A stretch of DNA of 64,000 bases, taken from Eledone cirrhosa. Its lineage: Eukaryota. Of this stretch, positions 9,758 through 21,200 are shown in pieces. The notes beneath the pieces are model-generated. The model worked only from the letters and a program-made list of their open reading frames with translations. It did no database searches and had not been told where the DNA came from. Position 1 is the stretch's first letter, and every line of letters starts with the position of its first letter. The translations under genes and the position numbers were made by a program. Location: NCBI GenBank assembly GCA_964016885.1, contig OZ024743.1, positions 143,034,001 through 143,098,000 of the forward strand, written 5' to 3'.

Positions 9758-12700
9758 TTTGGTGCTTGGTGCTTGCTGTTTGGCGTTTGGTGTTTGGCGT
9801 TTGCTGTTTGGCGTTTGGTGTTTGGTTTTTGATTTTTGGCGTTTGCTGTTTGGTGTTTGGTGTTTGGTGTTGCTGGTTGGTGTTTGGTGTTTGGTGATTG
9901 TTGTTTGCTGTTTGCTGTTTGATGTTTGGTGTTTGGCGCTGGGTGCTTGGTGCTTGGTGCTTGGTGTTTGGTGCTTGGTGCTTGGTGCTTGGTGCTTGGT
10001 GCTTGGTGCTTGGTGCTTGGTGCTTGGTGTTTGCTATTTGGTGTTTGGTGTTTGCTGTTTGGTGTTTGCTGTTTGGTGTTTGCTGTGTGGTGTTTGGTGT
10101 TTGCTGTTTGGTGTTTGATGTTTGGTGTTTGGCGCTGGGTGCTTGGTGCTTGGTGCTTGAGGTTTGGTGCTTGGTGCTTGATGCTTGGTGCTTGGTATTT
10201 GGTGCTTGGTGCTTGGTGTTTGCTATTTGGTGTTTCGTGTTTACTGTTTGGTGTTTGCTGTTTGGTGTTTGCTGTGTGGTCTTTGGTGTTTGCTGTTTGG
10301 TGTTTGCTGTTTGGTGTTTGATGTGTGGTGCTTGGTGCTTGGTGTTTGGTATTTGTTTCTTGGTGCTTGGTGCTTGGTGCTTGGTGTTTGGTGCTTGGTG
10401 CTTGGTGCTTGGTGTTTGGTGCTTGGTGCTAGGTGTTTGGTGTTTAGTGCTTCGTGCTTGGTGTTTGGTGCTTGGTGTTGGTGCTTGATGTTTGGTGCTT
10501 GGTGCTTGGTACTTGGTCTTTGGTGCTTGGTGCTTGGTGTTTGGTGCTTGGTGCTTGGTGCTTGGTGTTTGGAGCTTGGTGCCTGGTGTTTGGTGCTTGG
10601 TGCTTGGTGCTTGGTGTTTGGTGTTTGGTGCTTGGTGCTTGGGTTTGGTTGTTGTTGCTTGGTGGTTGGTGTTTGGTGCTTGGTGCTTGGTGCTCGGAGT
10701 TTGGTGCTTGGTGCTTGGTGTTTGGTGTTTGGTGCTTGGTGCTTGGTGCTTGGTGTTTGGTGCTTGGTACTTGGTGTTTGGTGTTTGGTGCTTGGTGCTT
10801 GGTGTTTGGTGTTTGGTGCTTGGTGCTTGGTGTTTGGTGCTTGGTGCTTGGTCCTTGGTGTTTGGTGTTTGCTGTTTGGAGTTTGGTGCTTGGTGCTTGG
10901 TGCTTGGAGCTTGGTGTTTGGTGTTTAGTGCTTGGTGCTTGGTATTTGGTGTTTGGTGTTTGGTGCTTGCTGTCTGGTGTTTGGTGCTTGGTGCTTGGTG
11001 TTTGGTGATTGGTGATTGGAGATTGGTGCTTGGTGCTTGGTACTTGGTGTTTGGTACTTGGTGCTTGGTCTTTGGTGTTTGGCGCTTGGTGTTTGATGGT
11101 TGGTGCTTGGTGTATGGTGTTTGGTGCTTGGTGTTTGGTGCTTGGTGCTTGGTGCTTGGTTTTTGGTGCTTCATGCTTGGTGCTTGGTGCTTGGTGTTTG
11201 GTGCTTGATGTTTGGTTCTTGGTGTTTGGTGCTTGGTGCTTGGTGCTTGGTGTTGGATGTGAGGTGCTTGGTGCTTGGTGTTTGGTATTTGGTGCTTGGT
11301 GGTTGCTGCTTGCTGTTTGGTGCTTGATGCTTGGTGCTTGGTGTTTGGTGATTGTCGTTTGATGTTTGGCATTTTCTGTTTGGTGTTTGGTGTTGGTGCT
11401 TGGTGCTTGATGTTTGGTGCTTGGTGCTTGGTACTTGGTCTTTGGTGCTTGGTGCTTGGTGTTTGGTGTTTGGTGCTTGGTGCTTGGTGCTTGGTGTTTG
11501 GAGCTTGGGGCCTGGTGTTTGGTGCTTGGTGCTTGGTGCTTGGTGTTTGGTGTTTGGTGCTTGGTGCTTGGGTTTGGTGGTTGTTGCTTGGTGGTTGGTA
11601 TTTGGTGCTTGGTGCTTGGTGCTCGGTGTTTGGTGCTTGGTGCTTGGTGTTTGGTGTTTGGTGCTTGGTGCTTGGTGCTTGGTGTTTGGTGCTTGGTACT
11701 TGGTGTTTGGTGTTTGGTGCTTGGTGCTTGGTTTTTGGTGTTTGGTGCTTGGTGCTTGGTGTTTGCTGCTTGGTGCTTGGTGCTTGGTGTTTGGTGTTTG
11801 GTGTTTGGTGTTTGGTGTTTGCTGTTTGGTGTTTGGTGCTTGGTGCTTGGTGCTTGGAGCTTGGTGTTTGGTGTTTAGTGCTTGGTGCTTGGTATTTGGT
11901 GTTTGGTGCTTGGTGCTTGGTGTCTGGTATTTGGTGCTTGGTGCTTGGTGCTTGGTGTTTGGTGTTTGGTGTTTGGTGTTTGGTGTTTGCTGTTTGGTGT
12001 TTGGTGCTTGGTGATTGGTGTTTGGAGATTGGTGTTTGGTGCTTGGTGCTTGGTGCTTGGTGTTTGGTGCCTGGTGCTTGGTGTTTGATGGTTGGTGCTT
12101 GGTGTTTGGTGTTTGGTGCTTGGTGTTTGGTGCTTGGTGCTTGGTGCTTGGTTTTTGGTGCTTCGTGCTTGGTGCTTGGTGCTTGGTGTTTGGTGTTTGG
12201 TGTTTGGTTCTTGGTGCTTGGTGCTTGGTGATTGGTGCTTGGTGCTTGGTGCTTGGTGCTTGTCGTTTGATGTTTGGCTATTTCTGTTTGGTGTTTGGTG
12301 TTTGGTGTTTGGTGCTTGGTGCTTGGTGTTTGATGTGAGGTGCTTGGTGCTTGGTGTTTGGTATTTGGTGCTTGGTGCTTGGTGCTTGGTGTTTGGTGCT
12401 TGATGCTTGGTGTTTGGTACTTGGTGCTAGGTATTTGGTGTTTGGTGCGTGGTGCTTGGTGTTTGGTGCTTGGTGCTTGGCGCTTGGTGTTTGGTGCTTG
12501 GTGCTTGGTGCTTGGTGTTTGGTGCTTGGTGCTTTGTGCTTGGCGTTTGGTGTTTGTCGTTTGATGTTTGGCATTTTCTGTTTGGTGTTTGGTGTTTGGT
12601 GTTTGCTGTTTGGTGTTTGCTGTTTGGTGTTTGCTGTTTGGTGTTTGGTGTTTGCTGTTTCGTGTTTGGTGTTTGGTATTTGGTGCTTGGTGCTTGGTGC

Positions 12701-15214
12701 TTGGGGTTTGGTGCTTGGTGCTTGGTGCTTGGTCTTTGGTGTTTGGTGCTTGGTGCTTGGTGTTTGGTGTTTGGTGCTTGTTGCTTGGTGTTTGGTGATT
12801 GGTGCTTGGTGCTTGGTGTTTGGTGCTTGGTGCTTGGTGTTTGGTGTTTGGCGCTTGGTGCTTGGTGTTTGGTGCTTGGTGCTTGGTGCTTGATGCTTGG
12901 TGATTGGTGCTTTGTGTTTGTTGCTTGGTGCTTGGTGCTTGGTGCTTGGTGATTGGTGCTTGGTGTTTGGGCCTGGTGTTTGGTGTTTGGTGCTTGGTGT
13001 TTGATGTGTGGTACTTGGTGCTTGCTGTTTGGTGTTTGGTGCTTGGTGCTTGGTGCTTGGCTTTTGGTGCTTTGTGCTTGGTGCTTGGTGCTAGGTGCTT
13101 GTTGTTTGATTCTTGGTGCTTGGTGTTAGGTACATGGTGCTTGGTGCTTGTTGTTTGGTGCTTGGTGCTTGGTGCTTGGTGTTTGGTGCTTGGTGCTTGG
13201 TGTTTGGTGTTTGGTACTTGGTGTTTTGTGTTTGGTCTTTGGTGCTTGGTGCTTGGTGTTTGGTGCTTCGTGCTTGGTGCTTGGTGTTTGGTGTTTAGTG
13301 CTTGGTGCTTGGTATTTGGTGTTTGGTGCTTGGTGCTTGGTGTTTGGTGTTTGGTGCTTGGTGCTTGGTGTTTGGTGTTTGGTGCTAGGTGCTTGGTGTT
13401 TGGTGATTGGTGCTTGGTGCTTGGTGTTTGGTGCTCGGAGCTTGGTGCTTGGTGTTTGGTGCTTGGTGCTTGGTGTTTGGTCTTTGGCGCTTGGTGCTTG
13501 GTGTTTGGTGCTTGGTGCTTGGTGTTTGGTGTTTGGTGCTTGGTGCTTGGTGTTTGGTGCTTGATGTTTCGTGCTTGGTGTTTGGTGCTTGGTGCTTGGT
13601 GCTTGGTGCTTGGTGTTTGGTGCTTGGTGCTTGGTGCTTTGTGTTTGGTGTTTAGTGCTTGGTGCTTAGTGTTTGGTGTTTGGTGATTGGTGCTTGGTGT
13701 TTGGTGTTTGGTGCTTGGTGCTTGGTGTTTGGTGTTTGGTGCTTGGTGCTTGCTGTTTTGCGTTTGGTGTTTGGCGTTTGCTGTATGGCGTTTGGTGTTT
13801 GGCATTTGATGTTTGGCGTTTGCTGTTTGGTGTTTGGTGTTTGGTGTTTGCTGGTTGGTTTTTGGTGTTTGGTGTTTGCTGTTTGCTGTTTGGTGTTTGG
13901 TGTTTGGTGTTTGCTGTTTGCTGTTTAGTGTTTGGTGTTTGGTGTTTGGTGCTTGGTGTTTGGTGCTTGGTGCTTGGTGTTTGGTGCTTGATGCTTGGTG
14001 CTTGATGCTTGGTGCTTGGTGTCTGGTGCTTGGTGTTTGGTTCTTGGTGTTTGGTGCTTGCTGCTTGGTGCTTGGTGTTTGGTGCTTGGTGCTTGGTGCT
14101 TAGTGCTTGGTGCTTGGTGACTGGTGCTTGGTGTTTGGTGTTTGGTGCTAGGTGATTGGTGTTTGGTGCTTGGTGCTTGGTGTTTGGTGTTTGGTTCTTG
14201 GTGCTTGGTGTTTGGTGTTTGGCGCTTAGTGCTTGGTGTTTGGTGCTTGGTGCTTGGTGTTTGGTCTTTGGTGCTTGGTGTGTGGTACTTGGTGCTTGGT
14301 GCTTGGTCTTTGGTGCTTGGTGATTGGTGCCTGATGCTTGGTGTTTGGTGCTTAGTGCTTGGTGTTTGGTGCTTGGTGCTTGGTGCTTGGTGTTTGGTGC
14401 TTGGTGCTTGGTGCTTGCTGCTTAGTGCTTGGTGATTTGTGCTTGGTGCTTGGTGTTTGGTGTTCGGTGCTTGGTGATTGGTGTTTGGTGTTTGGTGCTT
14501 GGTTCTTGTTGTTTGGTGCATGGTGCTTGGTGCTTGGTGTTTGGTGCTTGGTGCTTGGTGTTTGGTGTTTGGTGCTTGGTGCTCGGTGTTTGGTGTTTGC
14601 TGTTTGGTGCTTGGTATTTGGTGTTTGGTGCTTGTTGCTTGGTGCTTGGTGTTTGGTGCATGCTGCTTGGTGCTTGGTGCTTGGGGTTTGGTGCTTGGTG
14701 CTTGGTGTTTGGTGTTTGGTGCTTGGTTCTTGTGTTTGTTGTTTGGTGCTTGGTGTTTGGTGTTTGATGCTTGGTGCTTAGTTCTTGGTGCTTGGTGCTT
14801 GATGTTTTGTGCTTGGTGCTTGGTGCTTGGTGCTTGGTGTTTGGTGTTTGCTGTTTGGTGTTTGGTGTTTGCTGTTTGGTGTTTGCTATTTGGTGTTTGG
14901 TGTTTGCTGTTTGGTGTTTGCTGTTTGGTGTTTGGTGTGTGGTGTTTGGTGTTTGATGTGTGGTGCTTGGTGCTTGGTGTTTGGTATTTGGTGCTTGGTG
15001 CTTGGTGCTTGGTGTTTGGTGCTTGGTGCCTGGTGCTTGGTGTTTGGTGCTTGGTGCTAGGTGTTTGGTGCTTGGTGCTTTGTGTTTGGTGCTTGGTGCT
15101 TGGTGCTTGATGTTTGGTGCTTGGTGCTTGGTACTTGGTGTTTGGTGCTTGGTGCTTGGCGTTTGGTGTTTGGTGTTTGGTGCTTGGTGCTTGGTGCTTG
15201 GTGTTTGGTGCTTG

Positions 15215-18200
15215 GTGCTTGGTGCTTGGTGTTTGGTACTTGGTTCTAGGTGTTTGGTGTTTGGTGCTTGGTGCTTGGTGTTTGGTGCTTGGTGCTTGGT
15301 GATTGTTGTTTGGTGCTTGGTGCTTGGTGCTTGGTGTTTGGTGCTTGGTGCTTGGGGTTTGGTGCTTGGTGCTTGGTGTTTGGTGTTTGGTGTTTGGTGT
15401 TGGTGCTTCGTGTTTGGTGTTTGGTGCTTGGTGCTTGGTGTTTGGTGTTTGGTGCTTGGTGATTGGTTCTTGGTGTTTGGTGCTTGGTGCTTGGTGTCTG
15501 GTGTTTGGTGCTTGGTTCTTGGTCTTTGGTAATTGGTGTTTGAAGATTGGTGTTTGGTGCTTGGTGCTTGGTGCTTGGCGTTTGGTGCTTGGTGCTTGGT
15601 GTTTGGTGCTTGGCGCTTGGTGCTTGGTGTTTGATGGTTGGTGCTTGGTGTTTGGTGTTTGGTGCTTGGTGTTTGGTGCTTGGTGCTTGGTGCTTGGTTT
15701 TTGGTGCTTCGTGCTTGGTGCTTGGTGGTTGGTGTTTGGTGCTTGGTGTTTGGTGCTTGGTGTTTGGTGCTTGGTGCTTGGTGCTTGGTGTTTGGTGCTT
15801 GGTGCTTGGTGCTTGGTGCTTGATGCTTGGTGATTGGTGCTTGTTGTTTGGTGCTTGGTCTTTGGTGCTTGGTGATTGGTGCTTGGTGCTTGGTGTTTGG
15901 TGCTTAGTGCTTGGTGTTTGGTGATTGGTGTTTGGTGTTTGGTGCTTGGTGTTTGGTGTTTCGTGCTTGGTGCTTTGTGCTTGGTGCTTGGTGTTTAGTG
16001 TTTGGTGCTTGGTGCGCGGTGTTTGGTGCTTGGTGCTTGGTGCTTGGTTTTTGGTGTTTGGTGTTTGGTGTTTGGTGTTTGGTGTTTGGTGTTTGGTGTT
16101 TGGTGTTTCGTGCTTGGTGTTTGGTGCTTGGCGCTTGGTGTTTGGTGCTTGGTGTTTGGTGCTTGGTGCTTGGTGTTTGGTGCTTGGTACTTGATGCTTG
16201 GTGTTTGGTGTTTGGTGCTTGGTGCTTGGTGCTTGGTGTTTGGTGCTTGGTGCTTGGTGTTTGGTCTTTGGTGCTTGGTGTGTGGTACTTGGTGCTTGGT
16301 GCTTGGTCTTTGGTGCTTGGTGATTGGTGCTTGGTGCTTGGTGTTTGGTGCTTAGTGCTTGGTGTTTGGTGCTTGGTGCTTGGTGCTTGGTGTTTGGTGC
16401 TTGGTGCTTCGTGCTTGCTGCTTAGTGCTTGGTGCTTTGTGCTTGGTGTTTGGTGTTTGGTGCTTGGTTCTTGTGTTTGGTGTTTGGTGCTTGGTGTTTG
16501 GTGTTTGGTGATTAGTGCTTGGTGCTTGGTGTTTGGTGCTTGGTGCTTGGTGTTTGGTGTTTGGCGCTTGGTGCTTGGTGTTTGGTGCTTGGTGCTTGGT
16601 GCTTGATGCTTGGTGATTGGTGCTTTGTGTTTGTTGCTTGGTGCTTGGTGCTTGGTGCTTGGTGATTGGTGCTTTGTGTTTGGGCCTGGTGTTTGGTGTT
16701 TGGTGCTTGGTGTTTGATGTGTGGTACTTGGTGCTTGCTGTTTGGTGTTTGGTGCTTGGTGCTTGGTGCTTGGCTTTTGGTGCTTTGTGCTTGGTGCTTG
16801 GTGCTAGGTGCTTGGTGTTTGATTCTTGGTGCTTGGTGTTAGTTACATGGTGCTTGGTGCTTGTTGTTTGCTGCTTGGTGCTTGGTGCTTGGTGTTTGGT
16901 GCTTGGTGCTTGGTGTTTGGTGTTTGGTACTTGGTGTTTTGTGTTTGGTCTTTGGTGCTTGGTGCTTGGTGTTTGGTGCTTGGTGCTTGGTGCTTGGTGT
17001 TTGGTGTTTAGTGCTTGGTGCTTGGTATTTGGTGTTTGGTGCTTGGTGCTTGGTGTTTGGTGTTTGGTGCTTGGTGCTTGGTGTTTGGTGTTTGGTGCTA
17101 GGTGCTTGGTGTTTGGTAATTGGTGCTTGGTGCTTGGTGTTTGGTGCTCGGAGCTTGGTGCTTGGTGTTTGGTGCTTGGTGCTTGGTATTTGGTCTTTGG
17201 CGCTTGGTGCTTGGTGTTTGGTGCTTGGTGCTTGGTGTTTGGTGTTTGGTGCTTGGTTCTTGGTGTTTGGTGCTTGGTGCTTGGTGTTTGGTGTTTGGTG
17301 CTTGGTGCTTGGTGTTTGGTGCTTGATGTTTCGTGCTTGGTGTTTGGTGCTTGGTGCTTGGTGCTTGGTGCTTGGTGTTTGGTGCTTGGTGCTTGGTGCT
17401 TTGTGTTTGGTGTTTAGTGCTTGGTGCTTGGTGTTTGGTGTTTGGTGATTGGTGCTTGGTGTTTGGTGTTTGGTGCTTGGTGCTTGGTGTTTGGTGTTTG
17501 GTGCTTGGTGCTTGCTGTTTTGCGTTTGGTGTTTGGCGTTTGCTGTTTGGCGTTTGGTGTTTGGCATTTGATGTTTGGCGTTTGCTGTTTGGTGTTTGGT
17601 GTTTGGTGTTTGCTGGTTGGTGTTTGGTGTTTGGTGTTTGCTGTTTGCTGTTTGGTGTTTGGTGTTTGCTGTTTGCTGTTTGCTGTTTAGTGTTTGGTGT
17701 TTGGTGTTTGGTGCTTGGTGTTTGGTGCTTGGTGCTTGGTGTTTGGAGCTTGATGCTTGGTGCTTGATGCTTGGTGCTTGGTGTCTGGTGCTTGGTGTTT
17801 GGTTCTTGGTGTTTGGTGCTTGCTGCTTGGTGCTTGGTGTTTGGTGCTTGGTGCTTGGTGCTTAGTGCTTGGTGCTTGGTGACTGGTGCTTGGTGTTTGG
17901 TGTTTGGTGCTAGGTGATTGGTGTTTGGTGCTTGGTGCTTGGTGTTTGGTGTTTGGTTCTTGGTGCTTGGTGTTTGGTGTTTGGCGCTTAGTGCTTGGTG
18001 TTTGGTGCTTGGTGCTTGGTGTTTGGTCTTTGGTGCTTGGTGTGTGGTACTTGGTGCTTGGTGCTTGGTCTTTGGTGCTTGGTGCTTGGTGCCTGATGCT
18101 TGGTGTTTGGTGCTTAGTGCTTGGTGTTTGGTGCTTGGTGCTTGGTGCTTGGTGTTTGGTGCTTGGTGCTTGGTGCTTGCTGCTTAGTGATTTGTGCTTG

Positions 18201-21200
18201 GTGCTTGGTGTTTGGTGTTCGGTGCTTGGTGATTGGTGTTTGGTGTTTGGTGCTTGGTTCTTGTTGTTTGGTGCTTGGTGCTTGGTGCTTGGTGTTTGGT
18301 GCTTGGTGCTTGGTGTTTGGTGTTTGGTGCTTGGTGCTCGGTGTTTGGTGTTTGGTGTTTGGTGCTTGGTGTTTGGTGTTTGGTGCTTGGTGCTTGGTGT
18401 TTGGTGTTTGGTGCTTGGTGCTTGGTGTTTGCTGCTTGGTGCTTGGTGCTTGGTGTTTGGTGTTTGGTGTTTGGTGTTTGGTGTTTGGTGTTTGCTGTTT
18501 GGTGTTTGGTGCTTGGTGCTTGGTGCTTGGAGCTTGGTGTTTGGTGTTTAGTGCTTGGTGCTTGGTATTTGGTGTTTGGTGCTTGGTGCTTGGTGTCTGG
18601 TATTTGGTGCTTGGTGCTTGGTGTTTGGTGATTGGTGTTTGGAGATTGGTGTTTGGTGCTTGGTGCTTGGTGCTTGGTGTTTGGTGCCTGGTGCTTGGTG
18701 TTTGATGGTTGGTGCTTGGTGTTTGGTGTTTGGTGCTTGGTGTTTGGTGCTTGGTGCTTGGTGCTTGGTTTTTGGTGCTTCGTGCTTGGTGCTTGGTGCT
18801 TGGTGTTTGGTGTTTGGTGTTTGGTTCTTGGTTCTTGGTGCTTGGTGCTTGGTGCTTGGTGCTTGGTGCTTGGTGCTTGTCGTTTGATGTTTGGCTATTT
18901 CTGTTTGGTGTTTGGTGTTTGGTGTTTGGTGCTTGGTGCTTGGTGTGAGGTGCTTGGTGCTTGGTGTTTGGTATTTGGTGCTTGGTGCTTGGTGCTTGGT
19001 GTTTGGTGCTTGATGCTTGGTGTTTGGTACTTGGTGCTAGGTATTTGGTGTTTGGTGCGTGGTGCTTGGTGTTTGGTGCTTGGTGCTTGGTGCTTGGTGT
19101 TTGGTGCTTGGTGCTTGGTGCTTGGTGTTTGGTGCTTGGTGCTTTGTGCTTGGCGTTTGGTGTTTGTCGTTTGATGTTTGGCATTTTCTGTTTGGTGTTT
19201 GGTGTTTGGTGTTTGCTGTTTGGTATTTGCTGTTTGGTGTTTGCTGTTTGGTGTTTGGTGTTTGCTGTTTGGTGTTTGGTGTTTGGTGTTTGCTGTTTGG
19301 TGTTTGGTGTTTGGTGTTTGGTGCTTAGTGCTTGGTGCTTGGTGTTTGGTGCTTGGTGCTTGGTGCTTGGTCTTTGGTGTTTGGTGCTTGGTGCTTGGTG
19401 TTTGGTGTTTGGTGCTTGTTGCTTGGTGTTTGGTGATTAGTGCTTGGTGCTTGGTGTTTGGTGCTTGGTGCTTGGTGTTTGGTGTTTGGCGCTTGGTGCT
19501 TGGTGTTTGGTGCTTGGTGCTTGGTGCTTGATGCTTGGTGATTGGTGCTTTGTGTTTGTTGCTTGGTGCTTGGTGCTTGGTGCTTGGTGATTGGTGCTTG
19601 GTGTTTGGGCCTGGTGTTTGGTGTTTGGTGCTTGGTGTTTGATGTGTGGTACTTGGTGCTTGCTGTTTGGTGTTTGGTGCTTGGTGCTTGGTGCTTGGCT
19701 TTTGGTGCTTTGTGCTTGGTGCTTGGTGCTAGGTGCTTGTTGTTTGATTCTTGGTGCTTGGTGTTAGGTACATGGTGCTTGGTGCTTGTTGTTTGGTGCT
19801 TGGTGCTTGGTGCTTGGTGTTTGGTGCTTGGTGCTTGGTGTTTGGTGTTTGGTACTTGGTGTTTTGTGTTTGGTCTTTGGTGCTTGGTGCTTGGTGTTTG
19901 GTGCTTGGTGCTTGGTGCTTGGTGTTTGGTGTTTAGTGGTTGGTGCTTGGTATTTGGTGTTTGGTGCTTGGTGCTTGGTGTTTGGTGTTTGGTGCTTGGT
20001 GCTTGGTGTTTGGTGTTTGGTGCTAGGTGCTTGGTGTTTGGTGATTGGTGCTTGGTGCTTGGTGTTTGGTGCTCGGAGCTTGGTGCTTGGTGTTTGGCGC
20101 TTGGTGCTTGGTGTTTGGTGCTTGGTGCTTGGTGTTTGGTGTTTGGTGCTTGGTTCTTGGTGTTTGGTGCTTGGTGCTTGGTGTTTGGTGTTTGGTGCTT
20201 GGTGCTTGGTGTTTGGTGCTTGATGTTTCGTGCTTGGTGTTTGGTGCTTGGTGCTTGGTGCTTGGTGCTTGGTGTTTGGTGCTTCGTGCTTGGTGCTTGG
20301 TGTTTGGTACTTGGTTCTAGGTGTTTGGTGTTTGGTGCTTGGTGCTTGGTGTTTGGTGCTTGGTGCTTGGTGATTGTTGTTTGGTGCTTGGTGCTTGGTG
20401 CTTGGTGTTTGGTGCTTGGTGCTTGGGGTTTGGTGCTTGGTGCTTGGTGTTTGGTGTTTGGTGTTTGGTGTTGGTGCTTCGTGTTTGGTGTTTGGTGCTT
20501 GGTGCTTGGTGTTTGGTGTTTGGTGCTTGGTGATTGGTTCTTGGTGTTTGGTGCTTGGTGCTTGGTGTCTGGTGTTTGGTGCTTGGTTCTTGGTCTTTGG
20601 TAATTGGTGTTTGAAGATTGGTGTTTGGTGCTTGGTGCTTGGTGCTTGGCGTTTGGTGCTTGGTGCTTGGTGTTTGGTGCTTGGCGCTTGGTGCTTGGTG
20701 TTTGATGGTTGGTGCTTGGTGTTTGGTGTTTGGTGCTTGGTGTTTGGTGCTTGGTGCTTGGTGCTTGGTTTTTGGTGCTTCGTGCTTGGTGCTTGGTGGT
20801 TGGTGTTTGGTGCTTGGTGTTTGGTGCTTGGTGTTTGGTGCTTGGTGCTTGGTGCTTGGTGTTTGGTGCTTGGTGCTTGGTGCTTGGTGCTTGATGCTTG
20901 GTGATTGGTGCTTGTTGTTTGGTGCTTGGTCTTTGGTGCTTGGTGATTGGTGCTTGGTGCTTGGTGTTTGGTGCTTAGTGCTTGGTGTTTGGTGATTGGT
21001 GTTTGGTGTTTGGTGCTTGGTGTTTGGTGTTTCGTGCTTGGTGCTTTGTGCTTGGTGCTTGGTGTTTAGTGTTTGGTGCTTGGTGCGCGGTGTTTGGTGC
21101 TTGGTGCTTGGTGCTTGGTTTTTGGTGTTTGGTGTTTGGTGTTTGGTGTTTGGTGTTTGGTGTTTGGTGTTTGGTGTTTCGTGCTTGGTGTTTGGTGCTT

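Larger units (their letters stand above)
1..12900 (+). repeat. Satellite domain A: degenerate higher-order repeat of about 2.2-3.6 kb
   Basis: Marker TTGGCGCTGGGTGC recurs at about 612, 2890, 6480, 9933 and 10130. Marker GGTATTTGTTYCTTGG recurs at about 839, 3109, 3990, 6719 and 10348. ORF-start offsets 250/2464 and 606/2883/6472/9926 agree. The right boundary is approximate. Confidence 0.75.

Noticed and set aside
9150-13805. 1,551-aa minus-strand ORF and other long KHQAPST-type ORFs (e.g. 28146-30734, 42193-44319, 31367-33298) as mucin-like or adhesin genes
   Set aside because: The minus strand has almost no T, so stop codons are rare by composition. All three frames give the same peptide, there is no unique domain or signal peptide, and the starts are chance variants.
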